Source: an uncultured Eubacteriales bacterium
GTDB taxonomy: Bacteria; Bacillota; Clostridia; Lachnospirales; Anaerotignaceae
Reading direction: 5' to 3'
Assembly (NCBI GenBank): GCA_949743895.1
Contig: CATJUX010000044.1
Span: forward strand, 3,850-67,849
Length of the DNA: 64,000 nt
Shown: piece by piece, positions 23,005-33,520 of the stretch
Layout: the number at the start of each line of letters is the position of its first letter
Position numbering within the stretch: position 1 is the first letter of the stretch
Translations under genes and position numbers: made by a program
Notes under the pieces: generated by a model
Seen by the model: only the letters and a program-made list of their open reading frames with translations
The model's database searches: none
Told to the model about the DNA's origin: nothing

Positions 23005-24045
23005 ATGGGTCTTGAATATAAAAATGCCGGAGTTGACGTTGAGGCAGGATATAAGGCTGTGAAACTGATGGGTGAGCATGTCAAAAGCACTTTCAGGCCA
23101 GAAGTGCTGACAGATATTGGCGGTTTTGGCGGACTTTTCTCATTGGGCGGAATCAACATGAAAGAGCCTGTGCTCATCAGTGGAACTGACGGTGTGGGCA
23201 CAAAGCTGAAACTTGCTTTTGTGCAAAACCGTCATGACACAGTTGGAATTGACTGCGTGGCCATGTGCGTCAACGACATAATATGCAGTGGCGCCCAGCC
23301 ATTGTTCTTTCTTGACTACATTGCATGCGGAAAGAATGTTCCAGAAAAAATAGCCGAGATTGTGAGTGGCGTGGCAGACGGGTGTCGTCAGAGCGGCTGC
23401 GCGCTCATAGGCGGCGAAACTGCTGAAATGCCAGGGTTCTATCCTGAAGATGAATATGACATGGCGGGCTTTGCTGTTGGAATTGTTGAAAAAAGCGACA
23501 TCATAAATGGCGAAAAAATTGTGGAAGGTGATGTCATTGTTGGCCTTCCCTCCAGTGGCGTTCATTCCAATGGCTATTCGCTTGTGAGAAAGGTTTTTGA
23601 GCCAATTGAGAAATGGGCAGGGGAGTATGTGGAAGAACTTGGGAAAACTGTTGGCGAAGAGCTTCTCACACCAACAAAAATATATGCCAAAGAAATACTC
23701 AGCCTCATTAAAAAAGTTGAAATTAAAGGGATAAGCAACATCACAGGCGGCGGATTCATTGAAAATATTCCGCGGTGTCTTCCAAAGGGCAAAGGGCTTT
23801 GCGCCGTGATTGAGGAGGGAACATGGCCTGTTCTTCCTATATTTGATGTCATGCAAAAGCGTGGTGAAATTGATCGTGCTCATATGTATAACACATTCAA
23901 CATGGGGATTGGAATGGTCATTGTTGTTTCGAAGGAAAATGCTGAAAAGCTTGTGAAAGCTGTTGAAGAAATGGGTGAAAAGGCTTATATTATAGGCAAA
24001 ATAGCCGCTGACACTGAAAAAGAGGTTGAAGTATGCTTAAAATAG
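23005..24045 (+). CDS. purM: Phosphoribosylformylglycinamidine cyclo-ligase (AIR synthetase)
   Basis: [41 protein letters not shown]. Confidence 0.98.
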   Translation: MGLEYKNAGVDVEAGYKAVKLMGEHVKSTFRPEVLTDIGGFGGLFSLGGINMKEPVLISGTDGVGTKLKLAFVQNRHDTVGIDCVAMCVNDIICSGAQPLFFLDYIACGKNVPEKIAEIVSGVADGCRQSGCALIGGETAEMPGFYPEDEYDMAGFAVGIVEKSDIINGEKIVEGDVIVGLPSSGVHSNGYSLVRKVFEPIEKWAGEYVEELGKTVGEELLTPTKIYAKEILSLIKKVEIKGISNITGGGFIENIPRCLPKGKGLCAVIEEGTWPVLPIFDVMQKRGEIDRAHMYNTFNMGIGMVIVVSKENAEKLVKAVEEMGEKAYIIGKIAADTEKEVEVCLK

Positions 24046-24659
24046 GAGTTCTTGTTTCCGGCGGGGGAACAAATTTGCAGGCCATAATAGACGCAATTGA
24101 AAGCGGATATATAAGCAATGCTGAAATAGCAGCTGTTGTAAGCAGCAATGAAAAAGCCTATGCTTTGGAACGCGCCAAAAAACATGGAATAAACAGCATA
24201 TGCATCAAAAAAAGTGACTATTCCAGTTTTGACGGATATATGGATGCCATGGCTGACTATCTTGAAAACATTGGAGCAGAGCTTGTTGTGCTTGCCGGAT
24301 TTATGACTGTGCTTGGAGAACGGTTTGTAAAGCGTTTCGAAAATAGAATAATAAATATTCATCCCTCGCTTATACCCTCGTTCTGCGGCGATGGATATTA
24401 TGGACTGAAGGTTCATGCGGCGGCACTTGAACGCGGTGTCAAGGTCACGGGGGCCACAGTTCACTTTGTGAATGAAGAAACTGATGGCGGGCCGATTATA
24501 ATTCAGAAAGCTGTTTATATAAACGACAGCGATACGCCTGAAACGTTGCAAAAAAGAGTTATGGAAGAAGCTGAGTGGAAGATATTTCCGGAAGCTGTTA
24601 AGCTGATAAGTGAAAAAAAGATAAGCATCAGCAAAGGAAAGGTTTGGAGGGCTGAATAG
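24033..24659 (+). CDS. purN: Phosphoribosylglycinamide formyltransferase
   Basis: [30 protein letters not shown]. Confidence 0.98.
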   Translation: MLKIGVLVSGGGTNLQAIIDAIESGYISNAEIAAVVSSNEKAYALERAKKHGINSICIKKSDYSSFDGYMDAMADYLENIGAELVVLAGFMTVLGERFVKRFENRIINIHPSLIPSFCGDGYYGLKVHAAALERGVKVTGATVHFVNEETDGGPIIIQKAVYINDSDTPETLQKRVMEEAEWKIFPEAVKLISEKKISISKGKVWRAE

Positions 24660-25919
24660 ATGAAAATTTTGATTGTAGGCGGCGGCGGAAGGGAACATGT
24701 CATGGCATGGAAGCTGGCAAAAAGCCCAAAAGTTGACAAGATATACTGCGCTCCCGGAAATGCCGGAATTTCTCAAATTGCGGAATGTGTGAACATAGGC
24801 GTTATGGAATTTGACAAACTCATTGCTTTTGTGAAAGACAAAGGCATTGATTTCACTGTGATAGGCATGGATGATCCGCTTGTGGGCGGAATTGTTGACG
24901 CATTTGAAAATGAGGGGCTCAAAGTTTTTGGCCCAAGGAAGAATGCCGCCATCATTGAAGGGAGCAAGGCTTTTTCAAAAGACTTGATGAAAAAGTATGG
25001 CATACCAACAGCGAAATATGAAGTTTTTGATGATTGCCAAAAAGCATCGGAATATGTCAAAAAACAAAACATGCCAATTGTTGTGAAAGCTGATGGACTG
25101 GCATTGGGGAAAGGCGTTTTGATTTGCTTCACAGTTGAAGAAGCGCTTGCAGCCATAAACGAAATTATGGTTGACAAAAAGTTTGGAGCCTCTGGAAGCT
25201 GTGTTGTCATTGAGGAATTTCTCACGGGGCAGGAAGTTTCGGTTCTTTCTTTCTGTGACGGAAAAACGGTTGTTCCCATGGTTTCGGCTCAAGATCACAA
25301 AAGGGCGCTTGATTTTGACAAAGGGCTCAACACAGGCGGCATGGGCACGTTTTCGCCAAGCCGCATATACACAAAAGAAGTTGCTGCAAAGTGCATGGAA
25401 GAAATTTTTGTGCCGACAGTGGCGGCCATGGCCAACGAGGGGCGGCCGTTTGTTGGCGTTTTATACTTTGGGCTTATGCTCACAGAAAATGGAATGAAAG
25501 TTATTGAATATAACGCACGTTTTGGCGATCCTGAAGCTCAGGTTGTTTTGCCAAGGCTCAAAACTGACTTGATTGACATTATGGAAGCGTGCGTTGAAGG
25601 AAAATTGAGTGAGATCGACATTCAATGGCATGACAATGCGGCAGTCTGCGTTGTGCTTGCCAGCGGCGGCTATCCTCAAAGCTATGAAAAAGGGTTTGAA
25701 ATTACGGGCCTTGGCGAAATTGAAAAACGTGATGACATTGTTGTTTTCCATGCCGGAACAACTTTGAAAGACGGAAAATTTGTCACCAACGGCGGCCGCG
25801 TTTTGGGAATCACGGGGATAGGCCCAAATCTTGATGCAGCGATAAAAATCGCTTATGAGGGCGTTGAAAAAGTTGATTTTGAAAAGAAACATTTCAGACA
25901 TGATATTGGTATAAAATAA
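24660..25919 (+). CDS. purD: Phosphoribosylamine--glycine ligase
   Basis: GGGGREH, KADGLALGKGV, NTGGMG, YNARFGDPE, TNGGRVL. Confidence 0.98.
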   Translation: MKILIVGGGGREHVMAWKLAKSPKVDKIYCAPGNAGISQIAECVNIGVMEFDKLIAFVKDKGIDFTVIGMDDPLVGGIVDAFENEGLKVFGPRKNAAIIEGSKAFSKDLMKKYGIPTAKYEVFDDCQKASEYVKKQNMPIVVKADGLALGKGVLICFTVEEALAAINEIMVDKKFGASGSCVVIEEFLTGQEVSVLSFCDGKTVVPMVSAQDHKRALDFDKGLNTGGMGTFSPSRIYTKEVAAKCMEEIFVPTVAAMANEGRPFVGVLYFGLMLTENGMKVIEYNARFGDPEAQVVLPRLKTDLIDIMEACVEGKLSEIDIQWHDNAAVCVVLASGGYPQSYEKGFEITGLGEIEKRDDIVVFHAGTTLKDGKFVTNGGRVLGITGIGPNLDAAIKIAYEGVEKVDFEKKHFRHDIGIK

Positions 25920-25988
25920 ACGGCATAAGCATTATGACGCGTTTTGACGGGTTATAGTGCTTTTTCGCTTAATTAGGAGGATTTGTGT

Positions 25989-26573
25989 ATGGAAGAAAGC
26001 CGTTTTGAGAAGCAAATGAAGTTCCTTCTTGAAATTGACAAGGCAAAGAAAGTTTGCAGACAAACATATGTTTCTGACAAAAGCCGGTTTGAAAATGATG
26101 CAGAGCACAGCTGGCACGCATGTGTCATGGCAGCCGTGCTGAAAGAATATTTCCCTGAGGCCGATTTGCTGAAAGCCATGACAATGATGCTCATTCATGA
26201 CATTGTTGAAATTTATGCTGGCGACACATATTGCTATGACAGCAATGCCAACAAAGACAAAGAAGAAAGAGAACTTAATTCGGCACAAATGATATATGGC
26301 CTTCTTCCAGAAGACCAGAGAAAAGAATTTTTTGATATATGGAATGAGTTTGAAACTGGCGATTCTCCAGAGGCTGAATTTTGCCGTGTTCTTGACCGCC
26401 TTCAGCCAACAATGCTCAATCAGGCAACGGGGTTCACATCATGGAAAGAACATGGTGTCAAAAAACAGCAGATAATTGAAAGGAACAAAATTGCAATTGA
26501 CAGGCCCGAACCAATTGGCGGCTATATCAGAAGCATTATAGAAAATGCTGAAAAGAACGGTTTTATAAAATGA
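25989..26573 (+). CDS. HD-domain phosphohydrolase (YfbR/HD_3-like)
   Basis: ENDAEHSWH, LIHDIVEIYAGD, DRLQP; SD GGAGG. Confidence 0.88.
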   Translation: MEESRFEKQMKFLLEIDKAKKVCRQTYVSDKSRFENDAEHSWHACVMAAVLKEYFPEADLLKAMTMMLIHDIVEIYAGDTYCYDSNANKDKEERELNSAQMIYGLLPEDQRKEFFDIWNEFETGDSPEAEFCRVLDRLQPTMLNQATGFTSWKEHGVKKQQIIERNKIAIDRPEPIGGYIRSIIENAEKNGFIK

Positions 26574-26586
26574 AAGGAGATTTTTT

Positions 26587-26829
26587 ATGGATATTCAAGT
26601 TTGCATAGGAAGTGTGTGCCATCTCAAGGGCTCTTATGAGATTATAAACAAGCTGAGAGATCTTATAGACAACAACAAACTGAGCGACAAATTCAAAATT
26701 AAAGCCGCGTTTTGTCTTGGGCAGTGCACAGGCGCTGTGTGTGTGAAGTTTGACGAAAAAATATATTCATTGCAGCCTGAAACGGTTGAAGGATTTTTTG
26801 AAACAGTTATCAAAGAAAAGGTGAGCTGA
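26587..26829 (+). CDS. Thioredoxin-like [2Fe-2S] ferredoxin (HfsA-like)
   Basis: VCIGSVCHLKGS...FCLGQC. Confidence 0.85.
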   Translation: MDIQVCIGSVCHLKGSYEIINKLRDLIDNNKLSDKFKIKAAFCLGQCTGAVCVKFDEKIYSLQPETVEGFFETVIKEKVS

Positions 26830-26830
26830 T

Positions 26831-28549
26831 TTGCGGTTATTTAATTTTACAACTGAAAACTGCAACAATTGCAACAAATGCGTCAGAGAATGTCCCGTCA
26901 AGGCAATCCGGTTCAAAAATAATGTGGCTGAAATTGACGAGGAAAAATGCATTGCCTGCGGGTTGTGTTTCAACTCATGCCCAAAACAGGCGCGCAACAT
27001 TGAAAATGAGGTTGAAACAGTCACAAAAATGCTTGGAAGCGGGAAGAGAGTTGCAGCGTGCTTAGATTCTTCATATCTGGGCTCTTTTGAAAGGCCAGGA
27101 CAGCTTGTTCATGCCTTGAAAAAATTGGGGTTCGATTCCGTTCAGGAGGTTGCTGTTGGAAGCGAGAAGGTCATGAACGAATATATAAAATATATTCAGG
27201 AGAATGCCGGGAAACAAAAATATTTCATATCAAGCACATGCCCATCGATATATATTTTTATACAAAAATATCACCCGACACTTGTGAAATATCTCATACC
27301 TGTGGTCACGCCAATGGTGGCGCTTGGCGCGGCGATTAAAAAAGAAGATCCCGATGTATACACTGTGTATATTGGGCCATGCCTCAGCAAAAAATATGAA
27401 ACATTGCCAAAAAGAGATGACGCGCCTATAAATTCGCTCATAACATGTCAGGAAATTATAAAAATGCTTTTGTGGAACAACATAGATTATAAGTCGCTGG
27501 AGCCAATCATGCCTGACAGAGTTCCACAAAACATAGGCACAAGCTATTCAATTTCGGGAGACTTGTGGCCGCACATGACGAAAATGCTTGATGAAAAAGG
27601 ATATATGACACTGGGGGTGAACGGCCTTGACAACGTCAAACAGCTTTTTTTGAGCATGGAAAACCAAACTCTTTCCGACTGTTATATAGGCATATCAGCG
27701 TGTGTTGAAAGCTGTATAAACGGGCCGTTTATCCCAAAACAATCTTTGGAACTGTTTTGCCGCCGTCAGCGCATAACGCACTTTGCCGCACAACATGGCT
27801 GGGCAAAAAAAGCGCGTCTTGAAGACGTGAACTGGAAAGGCATAGATCTTAAAAGAGAGTTCGCTCCAATAAAGCTGATACAGAAAAAAGCGACTGATGA
27901 TGAACTTAAAGAGATATTGGTGAGAATGGGACGCCGCACAAGGGCCGAGGAATATGACTGTGGGGCATGTGGCTATTCCACATGTCGCGAAAAAGCCCAG
28001 GCCGTTTTTGAGGGAATGTCAGATGTCAGCATGTGCGGGCCAAGCTTGAGGAAAAAAGCAGAGAAAAAAAGTGACGTTATATTCATGAACACAAGAAACA
28101 TAGTTATATTTCTTGACAAAGACAAAATTATAACAGGGTTTAATCCAAAGGCGGAAACAGCTTTTGGCATTACAAGCGCGGAAGTTGTTGGAAAACATAT
28201 TTCATGCTTAGGGCTTTCAGACGATGACTACAGCTATTCTTTGAGGGAGAAAAAAGACATTCTAAATAAGAAAATATATCTTGAAAAATATGGCATAATA
28301 GTTATGCAGAATATAACATATGTTGATGACGATGAGCTTTTTGTGTCGCTGAAAGATATTACAGAAGATGAGAAAAACAGAGAGGAACTGGCAAAACTTA
28401 AAATGCACACAGTCAGCGTCACCCAAAATGTGATAGAAAAGCAAATGCGGGTTGCACAAGAAATTGCAAGTCTTTTGGGTGAAACAACAGCTGAAACAAA
28501 GGTTGCGCTCAACAAATTGAAAGAGGTTGTTTTGAAAGAAGGCGAATAG
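26831..28549 (+). CDS. Sensory (group C-type) [FeFe]-hydrogenase-like protein with PAS domain (HfsB/HydS-like)
   Basis: 2x[4Fe-4S] motifs, SSTCPS, IGPCLSKKYE, SACVESCINGP, CGACGYSTC, C-terminal PAS-like region. Confidence 0.88.
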   Translation: MRLFNFTTENCNNCNKCVRECPVKAIRFKNNVAEIDEEKCIACGLCFNSCPKQARNIENEVETVTKMLGSGKRVAACLDSSYLGSFERPGQLVHALKKLGFDSVQEVAVGSEKVMNEYIKYIQENAGKQKYFISSTCPSIYIFIQKYHPTLVKYLIPVVTPMVALGAAIKKEDPDVYTVYIGPCLSKKYETLPKRDDAPINSLITCQEIIKMLLWNNIDYKSLEPIMPDRVPQNIGTSYSISGDLWPHMTKMLDEKGYMTLGVNGLDNVKQLFLSMENQTLSDCYIGISACVESCINGPFIPKQSLELFCRRQRITHFAAQHGWAKKARLEDVNWKGIDLKREFAPIKLIQKKATDDELKEILVRMGRRTRAEEYDCGACGYSTCREKAQAVFEGMSDVSMCGPSLRKKAEKKSDVIFMNTRNIVIFLDKDKIITGFNPKAETAFGITSAEVVGKHISCLGLSDDDYSYSLREKKDILNKKIYLEKYGIIVMQNITYVDDDELFVSLKDITEDEKNREELAKLKMHTVSVTQNVIEKQMRVAQEIASLLGETTAETKVALNKLKEVVLKEGE

Positions 28550-28551
28550 CA

Positions 28552-29721
28552 ATGTATTATATTGACGTGTCATACAGCAGTATATATAAACATGGAGAAG
28601 AACTTTGCGGTGATCATATAGAACATGTCAACCTTGATGACAGCAAAATACTTGTTCTTGCTGATGGCATGGGAAGCGGAGTCAAAGCCAACATATTGGC
28701 CACTTTAACATCAAAAATTGTGGCCACTATGCTCAAAGAGGGCATTTCTCTTGAGGAAACCATAGACACCATTGTGCACACACTGCCTGTTTGCTCTCAA
28801 AGGCATTTGGCATATTCAACATTTACGATTGTAAAAGTTTTTAGAGACGGCCTTGTTTATGTGGCCGAATTTGACAACCCTTCAATATTTGTGTTCAGAA
28901 AGGGAAAAAGCGTTCCTATAGAAAAAACACAAAAAGAAATAAATGGAAAAATAATTTTTGAAAGCCAGTTTCGTTTGGATGAAGAAAGTCTTTTGGTTGC
29001 AGTCAGTGACGGCGTGATTCATGCCGGCGTTGGAAGGAGCCTTTCACTGGGATGGCAGTGGAAAAATGTCAATGAATATTTGAAAAGCCTTTCGGCAAAG
29101 GAGATCACAACAGCCGCTGTTGCGGGAAGTGTTTTGGAAGTTTGTCAGGAACTTTATGAAAACAAGGCCGGTGACGACACAACAGTTTTGGCTGTCAAAA
29201 TCAGGGAGCAGGAGACAATAAATTTGTTTTCGGGGCCTCCCAAAAACCCTGAAAATGATTATAGCGTTATTAAAGAAATTCTTGAGGCAGAAGGAAAGGT
29301 TGTTGTGTGTGGCGGAACAACGGCAAGCATTGTTGCCCGCACATTGGGGGCTGAGATGAATGTTGATTTGTCAACAATGACGCCTGAAATACCGCCGGTT
29401 GGCATTATACCGCGCATAGAGCTTGTCACAGAGGGCGTCATAACAATCAACAAAGCGCTTTCCATAATAAAAGGATATATGAACCCTGACTTTAACCCAA
29501 AAGTTATGGCGAAGCTGAATGAAAAAAATGCGGCAAGCATGTTGGCAAGGCTTTTGATTGAAAACTGCGACAGGCTCAACTTGTGGATTGGACAGGCTGT
29601 TAATCCAGCACACCAGGGCAGTGAATATCCCATGGATTTTAATTTCAAAATGAATCAGCTGAGAGAAATGGCGCGGCTTATGAAAGACATGGGCAAAGAA
29701 GTGAACATTAATTATATTTGA
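28552..29721 (+). CDS. SpoIIE/PP2C-family serine phosphatase (HfsC-like)
   Basis: LCGD, LADGMGSG, SDGVIHAG, GDDTT. Confidence 0.9.
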   Translation: MYYIDVSYSSIYKHGEELCGDHIEHVNLDDSKILVLADGMGSGVKANILATLTSKIVATMLKEGISLEETIDTIVHTLPVCSQRHLAYSTFTIVKVFRDGLVYVAEFDNPSIFVFRKGKSVPIEKTQKEINGKIIFESQFRLDEESLLVAVSDGVIHAGVGRSLSLGWQWKNVNEYLKSLSAKEITTAAVAGSVLEVCQELYENKAGDDTTVLAVKIREQETINLFSGPPKNPENDYSVIKEILEAEGKVVVCGGTTASIVARTLGAEMNVDLSTMTPEIPPVGIIPRIELVTEGVITINKALSIIKGYMNPDFNPKVMAKLNEKNAASMLARLLIENCDRLNLWIGQAVNPAHQGSEYPMDFNFKMNQLREMARLMKDMGKEVNINYI

Positions 29722-29731
29722 GGGGTTATAT

Positions 29732-31201
29732 ATGAGAAAATTTGAAAGCAACGTTCAATATACAAAATATCTTGTGAACAGAGAGATAACTGAAAGATTC
29801 ATTAAAGGAGAAAATTTGCAAAACTCTCTTGACGAAATTGCCGAAACCATTATACCAGGCCCTGAGCCTATGACAAGATGCTGTATATACAAAGAAAGGC
29901 ATATAATAAAAGAAAGGGCAAAATTTGCCGTTGAGCCGCTTGAAAATGAAAATGTGATACATATATTGAGAAGTGCATGCGACGAATGCCCTGTGGACAG
30001 ATATGTTGTCACTGAAGCATGCCGCGGTTGTCTTGCCCACAAATGCCAAGAAGTGTGCCCAAAAAATGCAATCATGATTGCAGGACAAAGGGCATATATA
30101 AATCAGAAACTTTGCATAGAATGTGGAAAATGCAAAGAGGCATGTCCATTCACGGCAATAAGCGATGTTCAAAGGCCATGCCTGAGAAGCTGCAGTGCTG
30201 GCGCCATAGTGATTGATGTTGACAAAAAGGCATATATAGACGAGGACAAGTGCGTTTCATGCGGCGCCTGTGTATATCAATGTCCTTTTGGCGCCATAGT
30301 TGACAAATCCTTTGTTGTTGACACGCTTGAGCTGATCAAAAATTCTGAAGGCAACACAAAATATAAGGTTTATGCCATTGTGGCGCCGGCCATTGGAAGC
30401 CAATATACAAATGTGAAAATTGAACAGGTTATAAACGGAATTGAAAGACTTGGCTTTTACCATGCCATTGAAGTTGCGCTTGGGGCCGACATTGTTGCAT
30501 GTCATGAGGCCAAAGAATTTTCAGAAACCATTGGAGAAAGAGCGTGGATGACAACGTCGTGTTGTCCGGCCTTTGTGAAGTATATACAAAGAAATTATCC
30601 TGAAATGATGAGCCATGTTTCTTCAACAGTTTCACCAATGATAGCCATTGCACAGGTGATAAGAAGCCTTGATGAAAACTGCAAAATTGTGTTCATTGGG
30701 CCATGCACTGCAAAAAAGATGGAGATAAACGAAGATGACATAAAAGGCATTGTTGATGTTGTTATAACATTTGAAGAACTTCAAGCAATGCTTGACGCTT
30801 ATGGAATTGATTTGTCACAGTGTTCCGAAACATCTCTTGACAATGCTTCATACTATGGCCGGCTTTTTGCAAGGAGCGGCGGTGTTACGGAAGCGGTCAA
30901 ACAAGCAATGGATGTTCTTGGCCTTGAAGCAGATTTTCAGCCTGTGAAATGTGACGGACTTGATGAAGTGGCAAAAACAATGAAAGTTGCATCTTTTGGA
31001 AAGCTCAAAGGCAACTTCATTGAGGGAATGGCCTGCAAGTGTGGCTGCATAGGAGGCGCGGCGTCGCTCAGCCATGGTGCGAAAGATGTGACAGAAGTTG
31101 ACAAATATGGAAAGTTGAGCAAGGAAGAAAACAGTGTTCAGGCAACGAGGATTTTTGACGTTGAAAACATTGAGCTTGAGAGAAAGTATAATATTGAATG
31201 A
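29732..31201 (+). CDS. Monomeric [FeFe]-hydrogenase with multiple [4Fe-4S] clusters (HfsD-like)
   Basis: Intact H-cluster motifs TSCCPAF, GPCTAKKME, EGMACKCGCIGG plus CxxCxxC ferredoxin motifs. Confidence 0.92.
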   Translation: MRKFESNVQYTKYLVNREITERFIKGENLQNSLDEIAETIIPGPEPMTRCCIYKERHIIKERAKFAVEPLENENVIHILRSACDECPVDRYVVTEACRGCLAHKCQEVCPKNAIMIAGQRAYINQKLCIECGKCKEACPFTAISDVQRPCLRSCSAGAIVIDVDKKAYIDEDKCVSCGACVYQCPFGAIVDKSFVVDTLELIKNSEGNTKYKVYAIVAPAIGSQYTNVKIEQVINGIERLGFYHAIEVALGADIVACHEAKEFSETIGERAWMTTSCCPAFVKYIQRNYPEMMSHVSSTVSPMIAIAQVIRSLDENCKIVFIGPCTAKKMEINEDDIKGIVDVVITFEELQAMLDAYGIDLSQCSETSLDNASYYGRLFARSGGVTEAVKQAMDVLGLEADFQPVKCDGLDEVAKTMKVASFGKLKGNFIEGMACKCGCIGGAASLSHGAKDVTEVDKYGKLSKEENSVQATRIFDVENIELERKYNIE

Positions 31202-31233
31202 TAAAAACAGCCGGATATTTCCGGCGTTTTTAT
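31201..31233. terminator. Intrinsic terminator after the hydrogenase operon
   Basis: ATAAAAACAGCCGG / CCGGCGTTTTTAT. Confidence 0.7.
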
Positions 31234-31449
31234 GCTTAAAAATTTGTGTTGTGAAATAGGGCTGTGCAGTTTAAGAGTGTTGAATGCGTCAAAGGAAAAT
31301 GCTTTTTTTGTGTTTGACGGCGTCTTCCTTTGACAATTCAATTTGTCGAATTTGATGACATTTGGGGCGTTTGAATTTGAAACTATAATGAAATTTTGGG
31401 CTTTCCAACAAAAAGTGTATGTTCAAAAATCCGCACAACTTCTCAAGAC

Positions 31450-31869
31450 TCATTGAAATGCGGGGTTGAAGAAGTTCATGAGTGAGCCTGTCAACTTTCC
31501 AAGCGCCAAAGCCAAAAGAAAAAGCGAAAGTCCTTTTGTGAGCCTGACACGCCTCATAAACACAGGCACAACGTCAATGACTTCAGCCAGTGACACAGCA
31601 AGTGATCCAACAAAAACACCAATTGCCAAAGCAATGATGGCGGCCGCAATGTCTCCAACAGGTATGAAATAGCTGACAAACATGTTTGTGCAGCCAAATA
31701 TTCCTCCAAGCGTTATGGCATCTTCATAAACTGTTATATATTTTTCTGTTCCTGTTTTTTGTGCAAGTCTGGGCACAACTCCTATGACTGCTATGAACGC
31801 GAATATTCCGCCGGCCACCAAAACCCCTGATGAAAAACCTATTATGGAAAGAATAATGTTTTTTATCAT
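31450..31869 (-). CDS. spoVAB: Stage V sporulation protein AB
   Basis: Hydrophobic; GVVPRLAQ, GSLAVSLAEVIDVVPV, ALGKLTGSL. Confidence 0.88.
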   Translation of the reverse strand: MIKNIILSIIGFSSGVLVAGGIFAFIAVIGVVPRLAQKTGTEKYITVYEDAITLGGIFGCTNMFVSYFIPVGDIAAAIIALAIGVFVGSLAVSLAEVIDVVPVFMRRVRLTKGLSLFLLALALGKLTGSLMNFFNPAFQ

Positions 31870-31870
31870 T

Positions 31871-32485
31871 TCAGTTCTCCCTTTTTTTGTTTATTGTTTC
31901 GATCTGGTTTTCAATAACTTCCTTTTCATATGTTGTCATTTGAACCTGTATTGGCGTTGGATCATGAGTCATTTTTATAACACTGAAGTGATTGAAAAAA
32001 ACTATTATGCCAACAGCCAAACCGATTGAATATGGTATCTCCAATATATATGGAATGTCTGTTTCATAGCCATAAAACAGCTCAAAATAACTTCTCATAA
32101 CATCTGGGATTTCGCCATCGGCATGAAAACTCATGATTGCTGTGGCTCCTCCAAAAAAAAGCACAACAAATATGGCAAAAACTTTGATCCAGACAAAAAA
32201 TTTGTTTTCTTTCCGCGGCTTTTTGGAATATTCAACCATGACATCGGTTTCGCCAATGTTAATGACAGTGGCATTTGGCTCAACATGAACAATGGCTTTC
32301 ACAATGTCCATTGCTGAAATGAGATAGTTTTTTCTTTCTTCGTTGCTTTCAATGCGCAAAACAACGGCATTTTTAACTGAGTCATTTTTTATGTCACCAC
32401 AAAACACTTCAGCAATGTCCTTTAAGTATACAATTTTTTTGCCTTCCGCTTTGAACTTTTTGACTGGTTTCACATAAATGTCCAT
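31871..32485 (-). CDS. spoVAA: Stage V sporulation protein AA
   Basis: LKDIAEV, FFGGATAIMSFH, YSIGLAVG..FFNH, DPTPIQVQM..YE; SD GAGGTG. Confidence 0.88.
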   Translation of the reverse strand: MDIYVKPVKKFKAEGKKIVYLKDIAEVFCGDIKNDSVKNAVVLRIESNEERKNYLISAMDIVKAIVHVEPNATVINIGETDVMVEYSKKPRKENKFFVWIKVFAIFVVLFFGGATAIMSFHADGEIPDVMRSYFELFYGYETDIPYILEIPYSIGLAVGIIVFFNHFSVIKMTHDPTPIQVQMTTYEKEVIENQIETINKKREN

Positions 32486-32506
32486 TGGTTTCACCTCTTT
32501 AATGAG

Positions 32507-32535
32507 TATTATTTCTTTTCGAATTAAAAAAATAC
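32507..32535 (-). promoter_or_regulatory. Possible forespore (SigG/SigF-type) promoter of spoVAA-AB
   Basis: Minus strand GTATT-17 bp-AATAATA approximates GHATA...CATAHTA. Confidence 0.3.
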
Positions 32536-32905
32536 GTACCTTTGAGAATGTATAATATTCTAAAATTCATTCAGCACAAACTTCAAAACTCATTCATATG
32601 TTGACCAGTTTTAATATTTTTAATTATTATGTCTGATTCGCGGCAAATATAAATATTTGGGAAATTCTAAAAATGGATTGACAAAATTTGGAATGATTGA
32701 ATGACACAGTCAAATTTTTGCTGGCATATAGTCGTTTTTTAATAAACTTTGGCACAATCAAATTATAAATGTGTTGCAGCTTCAGCAAAGGCTTGATGTG
32801 TGGCATCAAACGCTGTATAATATAAGTTAGAATATGGAATTTAATGGTTTCGCGCAATATAAATGGAAATTGACAAAACATATGAAACATTTTTAGGAGG
32901 TCAGC

Positions 32906-33520
32906 ATGAAAATTGTTTTTGCCACGAAAAATGCTGGAAAAGTTAAGGAAGTTAAACAAATTTTGTCAGATATAAACACAGAAGTTCTTTCAATGTCTGA
33001 AGCCGGAATTGACATTGACATTGTTGAAGACGGGGAAAGCTTTGAACAAAATGCAATTATAAAAGCAAAAGCTGTCATGGAAGTTTGCGGCTGTTTGAGT
33101 TTGAGTGACGATTCGGGGCTGGAAATTGACTGTTTGAACAAAAAACCGGGAGTGCATTCAGCAAGGTTCATGGGAGAAGAAACACCATACAGCATTAAAA
33201 ATGAAAAAATACTTGAAATGCTTCGTGAAATTGATGAAGATAAGAGAACAGCAAGGTTTGTGAGTGTCATTGCAGCAGCGTTTCCAGATGGAAGGGTTGT
33301 GACAGCGCGTGGAACGATTGAAGGAAGAATTGCATATGAGCAAAAAGGGAGCAACGGTTTTGGATATGATCCAATATTTTATTATCCTGAGTTTGGAAAA
33401 ACACTTGCAGAAATTGACACCGAACTGAAAAATTCCATAAGCCACAGGGGCAAGGCGTTGAGTGAAATGAGGGAAATTCTGAAGGGAATGAATGTTTTTG
33501 AAAGTGATGATAATAAGTGA
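32906..33520 (+). CDS. rdgB: RdgB/HAM1 non-canonical purine NTP pyrophosphatase
   Basis: ATKNAGKV, DDSGL, PGVHSAR, FGYDPIF, KNSISHRG. Confidence 0.96.
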   Translation: MKIVFATKNAGKVKEVKQILSDINTEVLSMSEAGIDIDIVEDGESFEQNAIIKAKAVMEVCGCLSLSDDSGLEIDCLNKKPGVHSARFMGEETPYSIKNEKILEMLREIDEDKRTARFVSVIAAAFPDGRVVTARGTIEGRIAYEQKGSNGFGYDPIFYYPEFGKTLAEIDTELKNSISHRGKALSEMREILKGMNVFESDDNK

